Position numbers and translations under genes: made by a program. Under the pieces are notes generated by a model that was not told the DNA's origin, searched no databases, and worked only from the letters and a program-made list of their open reading frames with translations. From Candidatus Moraniibacteriota bacterium (lineage in GTDB: Bacteria > Patescibacteriota > Minisyncoccia > Moranbacterales > GCA-2747515), in assembly GCA_046116545.1 (NCBI GenBank), contig CP175956.1, forward strand, positions 833,734-897,733: 64,000 bases of DNA, given 5' to 3'. This document shows positions 1 through 8,864 of this stretch, one piece after another. The stretch's first letter is position 1; each line of letters begins with the position of its first letter.

Positions 1-1222
1 TCACCTTATCAGCATAATCATCTTGTACAACTTCAATCTGCTTTTTGCCTGCGTCTACATATAGTCTATCTATTTCCCTATGTATCTTTTTAAGTTTTTT
101 GACTATTTCTTTTACTTCACTCAAATCTTCTACTTTTTCTAAACTATCTACCAAACCACTTTGCTCATTACGTATGCCATCAAGTTGCTTTTGTACATAA
201 ACCAAATCAACTGGAATGCTCTTCACTTTTTCCTCATGATTTTTGCGTTCCTTTTGAATTTCAATATGACCTTCTGCAACGGCAATTTTCTTTTCTAATG
301 ATTGCAATTTTACATATACCTCTCTTTTTTCTTTTTCATAAACACCTATTTTTTCAGCATCTTCAACTTTCTTTGATTCTTCCAAAATCTGATCACTAAG
401 TTTATCCACTTCACGTTCAGCATTTTTTAAAGTTATTCCAACATCTTGTCTTTGATTTTCTAAATTCGTTTTCTCCTCAAATAAATTACTCCACTTAGCA
501 CCAAAATATTGTCGTTGCTTTTCTTTCAATTGTTCAAAAACTTCTTTGCCTTGCTTAGCTTTATTTGCTTGACGACGAAGTGAACGAAGGTGTGGCGTTA
601 CTTCTGTTATAAGTGTCTGCACCTGATCCAAATTATCTTTTGTCTTATCAAGTTTTTTGATTGCTCTATTTTTCCTAATTTGAAAATGTTTCACACCAGC
701 CGCATCTTCTATGATTCCACGTCGCTCAATCGGTGTAGCGTTTAATATCGCATCAGTCATACCCTGACCAACCACACAATGACTTTCTTTACCAATACCC
801 GTTCTAGCCAAGATATCCACAATATCCAAAAGTCGTACTCGTGCATCATTTATGAGATACTCACTCTCACCATTACGATAAATCTTACGAGTAATAATAA
901 CCTCATCAAACTCAACCGGCATCGTCTTATCAGTATTATCAAATACAAGCGCCACACTAGCCATTGATAATTTTCCTTTTTTCTCAGAACCAGAAAAAAT
1001 TACATCCTCACTTTTTTTACCACGCAAGTTTTTCATAGACTGCTCCCCCATCACCCAACGCACAGCATCAGAAATATTTGACTTCCCAGAACCATTCGGA
1101 CCAACAATAGCAGTTATCCCACAACCTTTTTCAACATCGCTATTACATTTTGGCAAAAAATCAAAACTAGTCTCAGCCGCAAATGATTTAAATCCTTTTA
1201 TTTCTATTCTTTTTAGATACAT
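1..1222 (-). CDS. smc: Chromosome segregation protein SMC, N-terminal part (runs off window start)
   Basis: Manual translation from ATG at 1222: MYLKRIEIKGFKSFA...AIVGPNGSGKSNISDAVRWVMGEQSMKNLRG (SMC Walker A head), then coiled coil. Confidence 0.96.
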   Translation of the reverse strand, partial: MYLKRIEIKGFKSFAAETSFDFLPKCNSDVEKGCGITAIVGPNGSGKSNISDAVRWVMGEQSMKNLRGKKSEDVIFSGSEKKGKLSMASVALVFDNTDKTMPVEFDEVIITRKIYRNGESEYLINDARVRLLDIVDILARTGIGKESHCVVGQGMTDAILNATPIERRGIIEDAAGVKHFQIRKNRAIKKLDKTKDNLDQVQTLITEVTPHLRSLRRQANKAKQGKEVFEQLKEKQRQYFGAKWSNLFEEKTNLENQRQDVGITLKNAEREVDKLSDQILEESKKVEDAEKIGVYEKEKREVYVKLQSLEKKIAVAEGHIEIQKERKNHEEKVKSIPVDLVYVQKQLDGIRNEQSGLVDSLEKVEDLSEVKEIVKKLKKIHREIDRLYVDAGKKQIEVVQDDYADKV

Positions 1223-1247
1223 ATTTATTTAGTAATCAGTAATTTAT

Positions 1248-1367
1248 TCCCCTCTCCCTCTGGGAGAGGGGCTAGGGGTGAGGGTTTAGAAATATAAACT
1301 TTTCAATTTCCAAACAAAAAACCCTCATCCGTCCTATCGGACACCTTCTCCCAAAAGGAGAAGGGAT
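1248..1367. repeat. Pair of REP-like palindromes, family A (CCCCTCTCCC..GGGAGAGGGG / GTCCNNNNGGAC type)
   Basis: cccctctccctctgggagaggggctaggggtgaggg and ccctcatccgtcctatcggacaccttctcccaaaaggagaaggga; the same family recurs across the window. Confidence 0.85.
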
Positions 1368-1438
1368 TTATAATTTTTTCATAACTCTACATATACTATC
1401 ATATACAAAACATCTTGTCAGAGCAAGAAAAAATAAAA

Positions 1439-1470
1439 ACCACCAGAACAGATTTATCTGTTCTGGTGGT
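1439..1470 (-). terminator. Intrinsic terminator of the 1489-2790 cassette
   Basis: accaccagaacagat-tt-atctgttctggtggt inverted repeat with U-tract on the minus strand. Confidence 0.85.
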
Positions 1471-1488
1471 ACATGCTTTTCCTATGAA

Positions 1489-2790
1489 TTAATCAGATTT
1501 AACATCAGAAATATTCAGTGGTAATCCATCTCTTTTAAAAAGAATTAAATTACCTCTATTTTCCTGCCACTTTACAAAATCTGACAACTCTACTACATCA
1601 TCAAATGTTGCACCAGAAAAATCCATAATGCAATTAAATTCATCATCAACTTCAATTTCTGGAAAACATCCATGATTACCTTCAAAGAAAATTGCACTAT
1701 CTATAGTTACTTGTTTACCAAAGACAATATTGGAATCACGGTCGTGATTGTGACTACTACGGAAATGGATAGAGCCTATAGTTGCTGACACGAAATTAAG
1801 ATTATGAGCCTCTTCATGATTAACAATCACTTTTTCACAAAGTCCTCTCATATATAAATCACAAAAGCCATCTCCACAATAAAGCTTTTTGACTCTATCA
1901 AGATTTAGTTTTATGGTCATTGCACCAAAATTATCAAGATAAACTTCATTAGCTATAATTTTAGATGCTAATTCCAGAGTGCCAAAGGAAGCTGTTCCAA
2001 AATTAATATTGAAAATAATCCCTTCAGAAAATACCACTTTCTTCAAAATATTAAATGTTGCTGCATCAAAATCAATGCTACAATAACATTGATTAGAGGT
2101 TACAGACATAAAACTAGCTGAGCCAAAATTTATCTCTGGCACAAATTTTTGATCACCGACTCGCAGATTATTAATTACAATTTCAACATTTTCAAAATTT
2201 GCTGATTCAAAGAAAACATTGCAACTACAATTATTGATGACTACGGATCCTTCATAAAAGGCTGTCCCTAACCGAAGTTCTGATTTAACGTTTTCAACAT
2301 GAAATCCGTTATCAAAACATGTCTCCCCACAAATAAGCTTTGAGATTATCAATCCACGAAAATCAACTGTTGCATCAAACACCTTTTCAGGCATATTGAT
2401 TGTACCGATAATGTGAATTGGAGAGTTTTTGCGAAACTCATCAACCCGCGCTACATAACCATCACAAAATAACTCTGCAAAATCATGCTTATCAAAGCCT
2501 TCGTGACTTTCTAAATAAGTAACAAAGTGTTCAGCTTTCATGGTAATAACATCACTTGTTTTTTCGATCATCATATTCTCCTCAATCCCATTCAAGAGAC
2601 GTGTAGTTTCTTTTCGTACTAATTCCTGCATTCCGCGAGGAATTAATTTCTGAGCTTCTGCCTTTTTTAAACCATTTTTCAGATTTGCGAAAGTTTGTTT
2701 GGACTTACCCTGCTCAAGAGCAAGCACGCCCTTTAAAACATTCCGTAATAATTCAAGGGATGAATTATCAGGTTTCTCTAAGCGGTCCAT
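1489..2790 (-). CDS. Hypothetical protein with pentapeptide-repeat-like (FxxAxF) beta-solenoid
   Basis: 433 aa; recurring FESANF, FGSASF, FDAATF, FGTASF, FSGATF; SD GGAGG upstream. Confidence 0.65.
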   Translation of the reverse strand: MDRLEKPDNSSLELLRNVLKGVLALEQGKSKQTFANLKNGLKKAEAQKLIPRGMQELVRKETTRLLNGIEENMMIEKTSDVITMKAEHFVTYLESHEGFDKHDFAELFCDGYVARVDEFRKNSPIHIIGTINMPEKVFDATVDFRGLIISKLICGETCFDNGFHVENVKSELRLGTAFYEGSVVINNCSCNVFFESANFENVEIVINNLRVGDQKFVPEINFGSASFMSVTSNQCYCSIDFDAATFNILKKVVFSEGIIFNINFGTASFGTLELASKIIANEVYLDNFGAMTIKLNLDRVKKLYCGDGFCDLYMRGLCEKVIVNHEEAHNLNFVSATIGSIHFRSSHNHDRDSNIVFGKQVTIDSAIFFEGNHGCFPEIEVDDEFNCIMDFSGATFDDVVELSDFVKWQENRGNLILFKRDGLPLNISDVKSD

Positions 2791-2886
2791 ACGGATCCTC
2801 CATTAGAAATAGTTTACGATTTGTCGTAATTGTCGTCTATACAGATCAACAAATTTCTTGAACATATCAAGAAAACGACTAAAAAA

Positions 2887-2936
2887 TTGTTAAAATACTA
2901 ACTATAAATATTAGCATGTTTACGGCTTTTTGTCCA
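2887..2936 (-). promoter_or_regulatory. Cassette promoter TGGACA-17-TAATAT plus boxA-like TTTAACAA
   Basis: -35 at 2931-2936, -10 at 2908-2913, motif at 2887-2894. Confidence 0.65.
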
Positions 2937-2984
2937 TATCACAAAATGTACATCCGCCCTCACGCCCATGCATAATACAACAAC

Positions 2985-3032
2985 ATCTCCCCATTTTTAA
3001 GGGGGAGATGTCCGATAGGACAGAGGGGGTTT
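2985..3032. repeat. REP-like palindrome, family A
   Basis: ctccccatttttaaagggggagatgtccgataggacagagggggttt; close match to the copy near 32002-32050. Confidence 0.8.
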
Positions 3033-3052
3033 TAGATTGTTTTTCAAAAAAT

Positions 3053-3220
3053 AAAAGTCAGATTTATGTAATACATAAATCTGACTATCGTTGCAAGCAG
3101 TACGGGGATTGAACCCGCTAGGCTCTGACCTATGTGGGACCCACCTCACCACCGCCATCAAAAATTTCAATATTATTTAAAATCTTTGATGGCAGTAACT
3201 TTTGTACTAACTTTACCAAC
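3053..3220 (-). ncRNA. Stand-alone structured ncRNA (6S-like and/or tRNA-like)
   Basis: TTGACA(3249-3254)-17-TATATT(3226-3231) promoter, terminator 3053-3086, GC-rich body with long hairpin and CCCAC..GCGGGTTCAATCCCCGT; no credible ORF. Confidence 0.65.
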
Positions 3221-3294
3221 ACTACAATATAGCATATTTTAACTACTTTGTCAAGGACTGTAATTACAAAAAATCACATGCTATAATATCAGTT

Positions 3295-4914
3295 ATGGAC
3301 ATTATTAGAAAACAAAAAAAGAATCCTTCTGTCTCCAAACTAAATTCCCGCCTCCGCGGGAATGACAGTGGTGGTAATTTTCATGATAATGACTCTTTGA
3401 ATGGTGCTTATTCTAATACCAATCATAATCGTACTCAAAAAATTCAGACTCTTGATGAATATTCAGAGATCAAACAATCTTCCGGTGTAGAGACGCGATT
3501 AATCGCGTCTCTGCCAAAAACTCGTAGCAAAAAGATTTTTTGGATTTCTTTGGTTCTTTTTATTTTAGCTATTTTATTTGCTGGTGGATTTTTTATTCAT
3601 AATACCAACAACACAATTAATCAAATAACTGATGGTGAAGAAAAACATTCTTTTATGAAAACTGTTTCTAATTTTGCTAATCCTCAATCTTACAAAGTTC
3701 TACATGGGTTTGATACTGGTCGGATAAATATTTTATTACTTGGTAGAGCAAATACTCACAAAAAGGGTGGCGACCTCACAGATACTATAATGCTAGCAAG
3801 TATAAATACTGAGGATTATACTGTTGGACTTTTTTCTATTCCTCGTGATTTTTTGGTCAGCAATGGAAGCTTTTATTCAAAGATAAATTCTCGTTATCAA
3901 ACAGGCCTCCGAAATGATAAAGGTGCAAAATACATCATCAATTCAGTTGAAAAAATAACTGATCAAAATGTAGATTATTATTTTGTACTTGACTTTGAAG
4001 GTTTCACAAAGATTGTTGATATGCTCGGAGGTATAAATGTAGACGTCCCTAAACATATCAAAGATGAACGATATCCTGGAGCAGGTTATACTTATGAAAC
4101 ATTTGAAGTTTATCCTGGGTTACAAAAATTTGATGGTACTACTGCACTTAAATATGCTCGTACTCGTCATGCTGATATCGAGGGAGACTTTGGACGAGCA
4201 AAAAGACAACAACAAGTCATGCAAGCTGCTCGCAACAAAGCATTTTCGCTTGGCACAATTATGAATCCTCTCAAAATAACTGAACTCCTAAATATACTTG
4301 GTGAACACGTTCACACAGATGTCACTCCTGATGAGATTGAACCTTTTATTTCTCTTATCAAAAAATTAGATACTCACAATATAAATAATGTTGTCCTTGA
4401 TGCTTGGAAGTCTGGCAGCTTACTTATCTCTGCTAGATATCATAATGCTCATGGAGGAATATCTGGATTAGTCCCTCGCTCAGGAACTTATGCTGAAATC
4501 CAAGACCAAGCTAAAAACTTATTTGACCTTGATAAAATAAAACAAAGACAAGACGAAATAGAAGATGAATCCCCTACTATTATACTTATCAATACGACAA
4601 GCAAAAATGTTATATCAGCTAGAGTCAAAACTGCTTTATTATCTCTAGGCTTTGATGACGTTATCATAAAAAGTAATAATTACAACACACAAAACAAAAC
4701 AACTATAATCGATAATACGGGGGGCATAAAAACTTTTTCACTTGATGAACTTATCAAAAAACTACCAGCAAAAAAAGACACCCAAGCAAAGACAAAATAT
4801 GAGGATACTGACTTTGTTATTTTGCTAGGAAGTGATATGGTTGATGCATATACATACACTGAAATTTCACAAGAGGAATTGGAAAGTGAAAATGCACAGA
4901 ACAATGATAAATAA
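3295..4914 (+). CDS. LCP (LytR-CpsA-Psr) family glycopolymer transferase with LytR_C domain
   Basis: TM helix then NILLLG, TDTIML, SIPRD, ALKYARTRH, DFGRAKRQQ motifs. Confidence 0.93.
   Translation: MDIIRKQKKNPSVSKLNSRLRGNDSGGNFHDNDSLNGAYSNTNHNRTQKIQTLDEYSEIKQSSGVETRLIASLPKTRSKKIFWISLVLFILAILFAGGFFIHNTNNTINQITDGEEKHSFMKTVSNFANPQSYKVLHGFDTGRINILLLGRANTHKKGGDLTDTIMLASINTEDYTVGLFSIPRDFLVSNGSFYSKINSRYQTGLRNDKGAKYIINSVEKITDQNVDYYFVLDFEGFTKIVDMLGGINVDVPKHIKDERYPGAGYTYETFEVYPGLQKFDGTTALKYARTRHADIEGDFGRAKRQQQVMQAARNKAFSLGTIMNPLKITELLNILGEHVHTDVTPDEIEPFISLIKKLDTHNINNVVLDAWKSGSLLISARYHNAHGGISGLVPRSGTYAEIQDQAKNLFDLDKIKQRQDEIEDESPTIILINTTSKNVISARVKTALLSLGFDDVIIKSNNYNTQNKTTIIDNTGGIKTFSLDELIKKLPAKKDTQAKTKYEDTDFVILLGSDMVDAYTYTEISQEELESENAQNNDK
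3344..3366. repeat. dRS3/RPE-like palindrome in frame inside the LCP gene
   Basis: attcccgc-ctcc-gcgggaat-gac, read as NSRLRGND. Confidence 0.7.
3487..3514. repeat. GTAG-type REP palindrome in frame inside the LCP gene
   Basis: gtagagacgcgatt/aatcgcgtctctgc, read as VETRLIASL. Confidence 0.8.
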
Positions 4915-4920
4915 ATTATT

Positions 4921-4979
4921 TGTAGTGACGCCCCTTGTGGGTGTCATACCAAAGGACAGGCACAAGACCTGTCCCTACC
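4921..4979. repeat. GTAG-type REP doublet
   Basis: tgtagtgacgccccttgtgggtgtca...ggacaggcacaagacctgtccctac. Confidence 0.8.
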
Positions 4980-4994
4980 ATAAAATACGAAAAT

Positions 4995-5528
4995 ATGAAA
5001 TTAATAATAGGCCTAGGAAACCCAGGCTCAGAATATGAAAAAACTAGACATAATGCAGGATTTATCCTTGTTGATGTCCTACAAAGTAATCATGAATTCT
5101 CTACATTCACATTAGATAAAAAATTTAATGCCCAGACATCTGAAGGATTTATTGATACTGAAAAATATATCCTTGTAAAACCTCAAACATTTATGAATCG
5201 TTCTGGCGAAAGCGTACGAGCAATAATTGATTTTTATAAAATTGACCCAGAAGATATAACCGTCGCAGCAGATGATCTAGACATAGAAATCGGTAATTAT
5301 AAAATCACACGAGATTCTCGAGCGGCAGGACACAATGGCATTCAAAATATAATAGATAATATTGGAACGCAAGACTTTACCCGCATTAAATTAGGTGTAG
5401 AGGTCTCAGGGGGTAGAAAAGAACGAGGAGAAATATCTGGACATAATTTTGTACTTCAGAACTTCTCATCTGATGAACTAACAACATTAGATACTGCTAT
5501 TAAAAATGCTTTAACAAATTTACAGTAG
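4995..5528 (+). CDS. pth: Peptidyl-tRNA hydrolase
   Basis: MKLIIGLGNPG..YEKTRHNAGF, KPQTFMN, GHNG; start moved to ATG 4995 because the upstream extension is REP sequence. Confidence 0.96.
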   Translation: MKLIIGLGNPGSEYEKTRHNAGFILVDVLQSNHEFSTFTLDKKFNAQTSEGFIDTEKYILVKPQTFMNRSGESVRAIIDFYKIDPEDITVAADDLDIEIGNYKITRDSRAAGHNGIQNIIDNIGTQDFTRIKLGVEVSGGRKERGEISGHNFVLQNFSSDELTTLDTAIKNALTNLQ

Positions 5529-5566
5529 CCTCATTAATTGTATTTATAATATTTCCAAAAAATTAA

Positions 5567-5598
5567 AAACCACTTGAACAATTTTGTTCAAGTGGTTT
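5567..5598 (-). terminator. Intrinsic terminator
   Basis: aaaccacttgaaca-attt-tgttcaagtggttt. Confidence 0.85.
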
Positions 5599-6064
5599 AT
5601 TTTCGTGGTGTATCTTCATAGGCATCATATAAACAAAACAGTAAAAACAATCCATTATTAGTTTCTACTATTTCACTCATTTTAGCCCTTTCCTCTACAG
5701 AGTAAATACCATCATTATTTCCAGCCTTATCTCCAAGTGCTGCAAGGGCATCAGTAATATCATCTAATGCACTAGCAATATTTGTCCTTGATTGCCCTCC
5801 ATAGTATTTATTTGCAAAATTAATAATAATGCCTTCAATATCACTATTTGTAATTCTACAATATTCAGCAACATCATCAATATCTTCAAGTCCCTCAAAG
5901 CCATCAATGGACTCTAATATGCCATTGCTATAATTAGCTATTTGAGCGACACAGACAATGGAATCCAGTTCTTTGCCAGTAGGCATATTATTAGTACTAA
6001 TTTGTTCTTCATCACAAGCGCTAGTAAAAATTAGGAGCATGCACATGATAATTATATTTTTCAA
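5597..6064 (-). CDS. Hypothetical lipoprotein
   Basis: Signal peptide with lipobox-like FTSAC; start overlaps the NYN stop (ATGA-type, TTG/ATG). Confidence 0.65.
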   Translation of the reverse strand: MKNIIIMCMLLIFTSACDEEQISTNNMPTGKELDSIVCVAQIANYSNGILESIDGFEGLEDIDDVAEYCRITNSDIEGIIINFANKYYGGQSRTNIASALDDITDALAALGDKAGNNDGIYSVEERAKMSEIVETNNGLFLLFCLYDAYEDTPRK

Positions 6065-6654
6065 TGTACATGCCTCCTTTCCATACTAACTTTGTCCCGT
6101 ATGTCATCCAAATCAATGAATTCAATATTAGACAGCGCTGGTTTTGTTAGCTTAATGAGCTCTTTTGCAACTGCCTTTCTTGTGGATAATATTATTATCT
6201 TTTTTCCACAATTATTAGCCAGATCTTTTAAGACAGGCTCGTAATCACTATCGCCTGCGATAAATATCAGGACATCATATTCATCCTTGAATTTATGCAA
6301 TTCATATGCGATTTGAGCATCCATATCTCCTTTTTGAAATTCTCCTTTTTCTCCTTTGTTAATAGTTTTCAATGGTCGCTTTATAATAGTATAACCTATA
6401 TGTTCTTCCATTGTGTACCAAAATTTCTTTTGACTAGAAATTTTTTCCTCTCGCCCAACAAATTCCTCAGGGCTTTCATTTTCAGAAACTTCGCCCTCCA
6501 CTGGTGCACCTGTATAGAAACGCTTCAACCCAATTACAGAGTTGTCACATTGATTAAATTTGTTTAACAAAAAATTTGCCAACTCTTTATAATCAATTCT
6601 ATACTGTGTGTGAAAAACGTTTCCGCCATCAACAAAAATTGCGATGCGTAACAT
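6061..6654 (-). CDS. NYN domain (LabA/DUF88, PIN-like) ribonuclease
   Basis: AIFVDGGNV, QKGDMDAQIA, IFIAGDSDYEP motifs; SD GGAGG. Confidence 0.9.
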   Translation of the reverse strand: MLRIAIFVDGGNVFHTQYRIDYKELANFLLNKFNQCDNSVIGLKRFYTGAPVEGEVSENESPEEFVGREEKISSQKKFWYTMEEHIGYTIIKRPLKTINKGEKGEFQKGDMDAQIAYELHKFKDEYDVLIFIAGDSDYEPVLKDLANNCGKKIIILSTRKAVAKELIKLTKPALSNIEFIDLDDIRDKVSMERRHVH

Positions 6655-6729
6655 TGTTCATTCCTCCAAAATTTATATATATAAGTTAAAAAACTTTTTT
6701 AAAAAACAAATTGTTTCTAACCTCCTTTT

Positions 6730-6880
6730 TTACAAGAGATTGATACAACCACGATTCCGTCCACAGAAATAAATATCATATTATGAAATTCAACACGTTT
6801 ACGATATACAGGCAAGGAGGAGGAGCCTGAACACCACGCGCTGTGGACGAAATCCTAATTGTATACTAATCTAATTGTAA
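6730..6880 (-). ncRNA. Rod-shaped 5' leader RNA upstream of the NYN gene, apical loop UCCUCCUCCUU
   Basis: Nested stems ttacaa/ttgtaa, agatt/aatct, atacaatta/tggttgtat, gatttcgtccacag/ctgtggacggaatc, caggc/gcctg; begins just after TTGACA(6910-6915)-17-TAGTCT(6887-6892). Confidence 0.65.
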
Positions 6881-6973
6881 TGATAAAGACTACCAAAAAT
6901 ACCCATTTTTGTCAATAAAAAAGTAAGCCTCCAAACTTAAATTTCAAAATTTACAATACCTATAATTAAAACC

Positions 6974-7105
6974 TTTGCCCCTTTTTAAGGGGAAAATGTC
7001 CAAAGGACAAAAGGGGGTTCACCACGAATATCTGTCAAATATAAATTGTAGAATTGATATGTAAAAAACTACCCCTCATTCCCCTCTTTAAAAAGTAAAT
7101 GGGGT
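6974..7105. repeat. Two degenerate family A REP-like palindromes
   Basis: tttgcccctttttaaggggaaaatgtccaaaggacaaaagggggtt; cccctcattcccctctttaaaaagtaaatgggg. Confidence 0.7.
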
Positions 7106-7127
7106 TTGCGCTAAACTACAAAAACAT

Positions 7128-8243
7128 ATGAAAATTAAAAATGAACACAAATATGTAAATGCATTCAATCTAATTCCTGGCATAGGACCACAGAAACTCT
7201 ATTTAATTGCCCAGTATTTCGAAACTTTTGAGCAGGCTTGGAGATCTAAATCAGAAGAATTAAAAAATGCTAATCTCACACCAAAACTTATTGAAAATAT
7301 ATCGGAAGCAAGAAAAACTATTGACCCTGACCAAGAATTCCAAAGATTACAAGATGAAGAAATTGAAATCATAACAATACAAGATGAACAATTTCCTAAA
7401 AATCTAAAGACTATCACTTCCCCACCTTTTGTATTATATGTCCGTGGAAATTTAGATCTACTCAAGTCCCCATCAATTGCTGTTGTAGGATCACGAAAAA
7501 TTAGTGACTATGGCAAACATGCTATCACAACTATCATAAGAGACATAGCAAAATCTGGCATAACGATAGTGTCTGGATTAGCTCTTGGTACAGATGCCCT
7601 TGCCCATCGTGAAACGCTTGATGCAAGCGGTACAACTATTGCAGTCCTTGGTGGTGGAATAGATGACAAAACCATCACACCACGTTCACACATAAACCTA
7701 GCAAATCAAATACTGGATAATGGTGGTGCAATCATTTCAGAATACCCAATAGGCATACAACCCAACCGTGGCACATTCCCTGCCCGCAATCGCATCATGG
7801 CAGGACTCACAACTGCAACAGTCATAATAGAATCAACTGCAAAATCAGGTACACTCATAACAGCCCAGCACGCTCACAAATTCAAACGAAACCTATTTGC
7901 ATTACCCGGCTCAATATTTACAACAAACTCAGTCGGACCAAATATGTTAATAAGAGAAGGTAAAGCTAAAGCACTTCTTTGTAGTGATGATATAAAAGAT
8001 CTCTTTAAAGATGTCTTAAAAGATACATCTAAAAGTAGTGGACGGACATGTCCGTCCACTACACTAACAGAACATCAAAAAATGTTATTTGAAACAATAA
8101 AAAAACACCCAGACGGTGTAAATATAAACACAATAATAAAAGAAACCAAACTCGATGGCTCCACAATCTCAAGTGAACTAACAATGATGGAAATTGATGG
8201 TATTGTAAAAAATATCGGAAATCAAACTTATATTGTAATTTAA
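7128..8243 (+). CDS. dprA: DNA-processing protein DprA
   Basis: IAVVGSR, IVSGLALGTD, FPARNRI, SGTLITA; C-terminal wHTH. Confidence 0.96.
   Translation: MKIKNEHKYVNAFNLIPGIGPQKLYLIAQYFETFEQAWRSKSEELKNANLTPKLIENISEARKTIDPDQEFQRLQDEEIEIITIQDEQFPKNLKTITSPPFVLYVRGNLDLLKSPSIAVVGSRKISDYGKHAITTIIRDIAKSGITIVSGLALGTDALAHRETLDASGTTIAVLGGGIDDKTITPRSHINLANQILDNGGAIISEYPIGIQPNRGTFPARNRIMAGLTTATVIIESTAKSGTLITAQHAHKFKRNLFALPGSIFTTNSVGPNMLIREGKAKALLCSDDIKDLFKDVLKDTSKSSGRTCPSTTLTEHQKMLFETIKKHPDGVNINTIIKETKLDGSTISSELTMMEIDGIVKNIGNQTYIVI
8035..8062. repeat. Perfect 28-bp GTAG palindrome in frame inside the dprA linker
   Basis: gtagtggacggaca/tgtccgtccactac, read as SSGRTCPSTT. Confidence 0.8.
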
Positions 8244-8302
8244 AAGAATTAAAAAGTCGCTAGATATGATTACATATCCAACGACTTCGTGAACAAAGAA
8301 GT

Positions 8303-8482
8303 TCATTGACTTCTTTTTGGTTTTTGACACAACAAGGTCATGCCAATAAATGAGAAAAATACAGCAGCTAGTATAGCAATGATTTTATCGTTATTGGTAA
8401 TTGATACCATTGTTTGCATTGCTACAAAAGCTCCAAGCAATCCCCAAAATAAAAAACCTAACCCTACAAGTATTCTTTTCAT
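8303..8482 (-). CDS. Small two-TM membrane protein (59 aa; not in the ORF track)
   Basis: Manual translation MKRILVGLGFLFWGLLGAFVAM...QKPKRSQ*; SD GGAG; followed by hairpin ~8253-8287. Confidence 0.65.
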   Translation of the reverse strand: MKRILVGLGFLFWGLLGAFVAMQTMVSITNNDKIIAILAAVFFSFIGMTLLCQKPKRSQ

Positions 8483-8499
8483 GACGCTTCTCCATTAAA

Positions 8500-8817
8500 T
8501 TATTTCTCATTTTGATAAGAAATATGTACAACGGAATCTCCGCCATACCTTACACTTACGATTCTTCCATTCAGATAAATATCAGCTGGAATGTGTTTAT
8601 TAACACGCACAACAACACCAGAATAGCTTCCATGTTCAAATGTTCTAATTGTTGCACATTCTCTATCATGTGCAATAAACTGACCCCAACCTCCACTGCC
8701 AATACCTCTTTGTATAGCATATTGTCCCAATTCTAGTGTCTTTGTCACAATTTCTGTAGCTTGCACAGATGAACAACACAACAACAAGAACAAACATCCA
8801 CTAATTATTTTTTTCAT
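8500..8817 (-). CDS. Hypothetical secreted protein
   Basis: Signal peptide MKKIISGCLFLLLCCSSVQA; SD AAGGAG. Confidence 0.7.
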   Translation of the reverse strand: MKKIISGCLFLLLCCSSVQATEIVTKTLELGQYAIQRGIGSGGWGQFIAHDRECATIRTFEHGSYSGVVVRVNKHIPADIYLNGRIVSVRYGGDSVVHISYQNEK

Positions 8818-8864
8818 AATTTTCTCCTTATGAGATTTTATTCTACTTAATAATTTTGAAACAC

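Noticed and set aside
3089-3155. Canonical tRNA or tRNA-Sec gene
   Set aside because: The T-arm is perfect, but only ~32 nt lie between the possible acceptor strand and the T-arm, with no anticodon stem-loop and no CCA
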